64,000 nt of DNA from the human T2T-CHM13v2.0 reference genome, Homo sapiens, in NCBI RefSeq assembly GCF_009914755.1, contig NC_060925.1. One strand, 5' to 3'. Numbering within the stretch: the stretch's first letter is position 1; each line of letters begins with the position of its first letter. The position numbers and the translations under genes are program-made. This document shows, piece by piece, positions 56,431 to 64,000 of this stretch. Under the pieces are notes generated by a model, which was given only the letters and a program-made list of their open reading frames with translations, had not been told where the DNA came from and did not search any database.

Positions 56431-56709
56431 GGCCAGGCGAGCTGGCTCACATCTGTAATCCCAGCACTTTGGGAGGCTGAGGTGGGCGGATCATGAGGTC
56501 AGGAGTTCGAGACCAGCCTGGCCAGCATGGTGAAACCCCATCTCTACTAAAAATACAAAAATTACACGGGCACGGTGGTGCATGTCTGTAGTCCTAGCTA
56601 CTCGGGAGGCTGAGGCAGGAGAATTGCTTGAACCCAGGAAGCAGAGGTTGCAGTGAGCTGAGATCACGCCACTGTACTCCAGACTGGGCAAAAGAGCAAG
56701 ACTCTGTCT

Positions 56710-56741
<32 letters not shown>

Positions 56742-56756
56742 ACACAAAAACCCCAC
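56431..56756 (+). mobile_element. AluS with A30 tail
   Basis: TSD AAAACT(A/G)TCATTAA on both sides. Confidence 0.94.
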
Positions 56757-57758
56757 AAAACTGTCATTAACAAATAGTAGGTGACAGCTGCTGCCCACAG
56801 GGAATGAAGTCACCCCCATTCATAAACCACTTATTGGTTGCCTCCTCTGTGCAGGTCACTGTGCCATATGCTGAGGCTATAAGATGAGGGAGACAAATTC
56901 CTGCTCAGAAGGAGCTCCTGGTTTGGTGGGGGTTAGCAGAAGTCTCAGGAAACAAAATCTTCTAGAGAAAGAAGGGGTAGAAGGGTATAAGGAGAATCAA
57001 CACTCCTGCAGTGTTACCTGAACCAAGGGAGGGCTGAGTTCTGCAAAGGAGAATGAGGTCAGAAGTACAGCTGCCAGAGTCCAGGTTTCTAAACAATGTG
57101 CCAAACTCCTGAGAACTACTCTGTTCTTTTGTATTATGTATCTCACTTGCCCCTTCAAACAAGGACTTAAAGCACAATTTCATATTGGAAGTTGAGACTT
57201 GGGAGGGGAGGAAGAGTGATTATGCTCTACTTCCACTGCACTATAGTGAGAAGCAAGCAGGGTCTCCACACGGTGAAGTGAAGAAGGACCCTTTAGGGTC
57301 AGTCAGAGCTGGACTGGGACCAGATAGAAACCCTATGTCTACCACTTACTGTATGACCTTGTTTCCTTATTTATGCAATGAGACCAGCACCTACACTGCA
57401 GGGTGCTGTGTATGAAGTGCTAGTATAGGCACTGGCTTACGGAATACACTCCAGAATTGGCAAATATTGTTTGTTTCAAGACATGTTATTACCCGAGAAT
57501 TCCCCTCACCTCCCAAGATCTTAACAAGAGATCCTGGGTCCCTCATTTATCACTCAACAACACAAGGAAGGTCTACATTAATAACTCGTTCACTCATTTC
57601 AAAGTTGCATGTGTGTAGCCAACTCATGATTCCTGTCCTTGCTGCAGAGCAGAAAGCAAAGCCTGTATGGCTGCTGGTCAGCTTTCCCTGGGAGCCTGGG
57701 TGAAAACCAGTGTTATGTGAGACTGTTAGATGGACATGTAGTCCACCCACTTCGCTAG

Positions 57759-58181
<423 letters not shown>

Positions 58182-59058
58182 TGATGAAAGCATCTGCCAC
58201 CATAGAAATGTTGTTGAGGATTATTAGTCACTGTCTTTATGTGTCCATTACATGATGGCCTTTGTATGAAATTTCTTTTAGACTTAGGTGCTGGGAAAGA
58301 GATTTGCTTCTTTTGAGAAACTATTCTATTTCTTCTTACAGGGTATTTGAACAACTAACCATACGCTGCTTCCTTTTTACCTCTGGCCTTCAGGAACCTC
58401 AGAAATTAATTCTGAGGTATTTTTTTTCCTCCTGGTCTTGACGTTCTTTACCAATTGCTATTTTTGTGGATCCTGATTTTTATTTTATTAATTTCCTGTA
58501 AGCTGAAGCAAATTCTTTGTGAAGAGCGGAGAATAACAAACTCATGATCTGAACTAAAATTTACACAGAGCATTCCAAAGTACATTTACATTATTTAAGG
58601 GTAAGTACAGACGATTAAAATCTCAGCACACTAACAAAAGAATTTCTAACCATGATACTTTACAACTAACACTAATGAACTGACTTCTAACACTATCAAC
58701 ATGCCGCAACAAAGAGTCCCTCTTTCCTTCAACAATCAACCTTTAAAATTATAACAGACTACACCGGAGAGAAAGACCCTTCACAATAGTTTCGTATCAG
58801 TGTAATTAAAATATGAGCCTTTGACAATTTAAAAAATCAACAAATGTTCTCAATTCATTAATGACTGGTTCTGTAACAGAAGAAGAGCTCACTGGTACAC
58901 AGGTTTATATGCTATTTTCAAGAAAACAAGGTTCAACTTCAAACAATTGTAATTGTATTTACACCTGAGATATGTAAATCATATTTAGAAATGTCCGTGT
59001 GACTTTCTCTTCTACTCTTCCCCAGCCCCTCTCCCCTACATATTAGTCATTTACTTAC

Positions 59059-59120
59059 TTGTCAGATCATCTAATAACTGGCATCTCAAATCAAAATACT
59101 CCATACACTGAGATAACAGT
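59059..59120 (-). CDS. USP24: USP24 exon 39
   Basis: 62 bp; tag|ACTGTTA...CTGACAA|gtaagt; LLSQCMEYFDLRCQLLDDLT. Confidence 0.93.
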
Positions 59121-60924
59121 CTAAAAAACAGAAAGGTTTCAGTTACTAATAAGAGGCTGATTTGAAAATAAAAAGCATTTTCCTTGTAAGAACAAATTCA
59201 TAAAACAAGTGAGCAAGATAATTTTGGTAAGCATAACTACTTTTATATTAACTCAAATTCCATATTTTAGCAAGAAGCATACTGATTTTACTAATACAGA
59301 TATAGTAACAGAAATAACGGTGTAAAGAGAGGGAAACACTAAATCTATCACATCTTAAAATAATATATGCACTGATTGCATACGTAATACACTCATTACA
59401 TTCATTCATTCATTTACATTTCAACCAGTATCTACTAAGCACCTACAAATGCCTGGAACTGTTTTGGGAGATTAGTGAACTTAAGAAGGGAGACAAACAA
59501 CAAATTAGAAATATACACATTTGTCAAGTGGTAATATGCACAAAGAAGAAAAACAGAGCAGAGTAAGAAGAGAAAGAGACAGGGAAACTATTTTACAGAG
59601 GATGATCAAAGAAGCTTTTTCTGCAATTATAGTAGTGAACAGCACAGGTTTTAGAATCAGACACAAATGGGTTTTAAACCCGGCTCCCCTACTTATAGCA
59701 GCTGGATGTCCCATGGACAACTACTTCACTTTTAACTTTTAGTTTTCTAACTTCTAAAATGCTTACTATAGTATTGGAAATAAAAAACATACGCATATAC
59801 ACAAACATATAGAAAAGGTTCAAGCACAAACTAATGAGGAGAATATATAATGAACCAAGAATTATGGTTATAAAAAATGACAATAAAACTGCCAAACTCA
59901 TTAGGCCAGTCTGAGGATTAAAAGAAAAACATACATAAGCAGTTTAGTATGCTGTGTGGTGGTGTATAGTTGGTCCATGGTAACTGCTATTATTATTACC
60001 ATACTATTTTTTTTTCCTGGTATTTAGCATGCAACTATCATCATCATACTACTGAGGGAAAATATGTACCAAACTTAGGCATTAAAAAAAGCTGTGAGAC
60101 GTAATTTTTTAAATTATGCAAACATATAATTAAAGATTCACTTTGATGTGAAATTAAATAGCTCTACCTTCAACATATTTTTAAGAGATTCTTTAAGAGT
60201 ATATGTTAAAACTCTCGTCTAATGCTTTCTGCTTCTTTCGTAAAACTTAGAGGAACTTAATATTAAATAAAAAACATGTACTTATATTAAGTGAACTGAC
60301 TTACAACAAGTATAAGCACAATAGCTTTAACTTCTTAAAAATGGCTTAAACATTTATACTGAAGAATCATTGGTCTTTCAAATAAAAAGTTCATCTGTTT
60401 AGAAAAATTTTAACTAGGAAAAGTTGGAATTCTAAAGTAAAAAGTATACAAAGATAAAAGAAGAAATTTCTACAGCTTTTAATTCACATGTTTACTGGGG
60501 GAAGCCATTCTCTGAAATATCACTAAAGAATTATTTTTTATTACCATAAATATACAGCTGATGTCTAATTCAGCTTAAATCTTGATGGTAAACTATAACA
60601 TAATTTTTAAGTTTTGGCTGAATTTTTAACATTTCTAAGTCACTCACAATGACCTCATCTCAGAAACCAAAATCTTGACTTCTTTCTTAGACATCTGGAA
60701 TGTTAAAACAGAAGGTTAAATGTTTCAAAATAATATTTATGTAGAAGCCGGGATACAGGGGCCAGAAATCTCTGTATATTAGAAAGTGCATGAGAATAGA
60801 ACAAGTGTTAATACACACAATTAATCCTGTAATAAAGACTTGCAAACAACAGATAAAATTATAACTATATTTGAGAAATTCTGTAGATTATACATATTAT
60901 ATCTAAAACAGAGGTATTAAAAAA

Positions 60925-61070
60925 AGTCAAGAATGGATCAAAGAAACCAGAGGGAAAATTAGAAAATATATTAAGACAAATGAAAACAAAAATACAACTT
61001 GCCAAAAATTATGGGAAATATCAAAAGAAGTGTTATGAGATGGAAATTTATAGCTATAAATGCTTACATT
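60925..61070 (+). mobile_element. Older L1 ORF2 fragment, host of the L1PA insertion
   Basis: GGGAAAATTAGAAAATAT...ACAAATGAAAACAAAAATACAAC...GGAAATTTATAGCTATAAATGCTTACATT, L1M/PB-type post-endonuclease ORF2 sequence. Confidence 0.75.
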
Positions 61071-62001
61071 TATTTTGTTAATCTTTTCAAAAAACCAGCT
61101 CCTCGATTCACTGATTTTTTGAAGGGTTCTTCGTGTCTCTATCTTCTTCAGTTCTGCTCTGATCTTAGTTATTTTTTGCCTTCTGCTAGCTTTTGAATTT
61201 GTTTGCTCTTGCTTCTCTAGTTCTTTTAATTGTGATGTTAGGGTGTCAATTGTAGATCTTTCCTGCTTTCTCCTGTGGGCATTTAGTGCTATAAATTTGC
61301 CTCTAAACATTGCTTTAGCTGTGTCCCAGAGATTCTGGTACGTTGTGTCTTTGTTCTCATTGGTTTCAAATAACTTATTTATTTCTGCCTTAATTTCATT
61401 ATTTACCCAGTAGTCATTCAGGAGCAGGTTGTTCAGTTTCCATGTAGTTGTGCGATTTTGAGTGAATTTCTTAATCCTGAGTTCTAATTTGATTGCACTG
61501 CGGTCTGAGAGATTGTTATGACTTCCATTCTTTTGCTGAGGAGTGTTTTACTTCCAATTATGTGGTCAATTTTAGAGTAAGTGCAATGTGGTGTTGAAAA
61601 GAATGTATATTCTGTTGATTTGGGGTGGAGAGTTCTGTAGATGTCTATTAGGTCTGCTTGGTCCAGAGCTGAGTTCAAGTCCTGAATATCCTTATTAATT
61701 TGCTGTCTCATTGATCTGTCTAATATTGACAGCGGAGTGTTAAAGTCTCCCACTATTATTGTGTGGGAGTCTAAGTCTCTTTGTAGGTCTCTAAGAACTT
61801 GCTTTATGAATCTGGGTGCTCCTGTATTTGGTGCATATATATTTAGGATAGTTAGCTCTTTTTGTTGCATTGATATCTTTACCATTGTGTAATGCCCTTC
61901 TTTGTCTTTTTTTGACCTTTGTTGGTTTAAAGTCTGTTTATCAGAGACTAGGATTGCAACCCCTGCTTTTTTTTGCTTTCCATTTGCTTGGGAAAAATTC
62001 C

Positions 62002-62002
<1 letters not shown>
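61071..62002 (-). mobile_element. L1PA inverted 5' segment (ORF2 endonuclease region)
   Basis: Minus-strand ORFs ...ILNIYAPNTGAPRFIKQVL...VGDFNTPLS...YSKIDH and ...[17 protein letters not shown]...[11 protein letters not shown]. Confidence 0.93.

Positions 62003-64000
<1,998 letters not shown>

Overview
This is human genomic DNA from the PCSK9/USP24 locus (chr1p32.3), a well-studied region. The + strand carries PCSK9 exons 4-12 (1181-12468 stop; 3'UTR to ~13735), with the catalytic triad D186/H226/S386 and the Cys/His-rich C-terminal domain. The - strand carries the last 30 exons of USP24 (exons 39-68, codons ~1503-2620, including the whole USP catalytic domain with C1698 and H1970). The two genes are convergent and their poly(A) sites lie ~1.5 kb apart. 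I placed every exon by hand from splice dinucleotides, and all phases join into uninterrupted reading frames. One USP24 intron is GC-AG. The haplotype carries PCSK9 I474/E670 and USP24 A2468, which differ from the GRCh38 alleles as I recall them. Introns hold about 15 Alus (many with visible TSDs), a MER1-type hAT element with a perfect 8-bp TSD, an MLT2-like LTR, L2/MIR/old L1 fragments, and a 5'-inverted (twin-primed) L1PA nested in an older L1. I found no evidence of a new gene system or a foreign insert. The findings are splicing, regulatory and retroelement-architecture observations of modest novelty. Exon and residue numbers and repeat subfamily names come from recalled annotation, not a database search.
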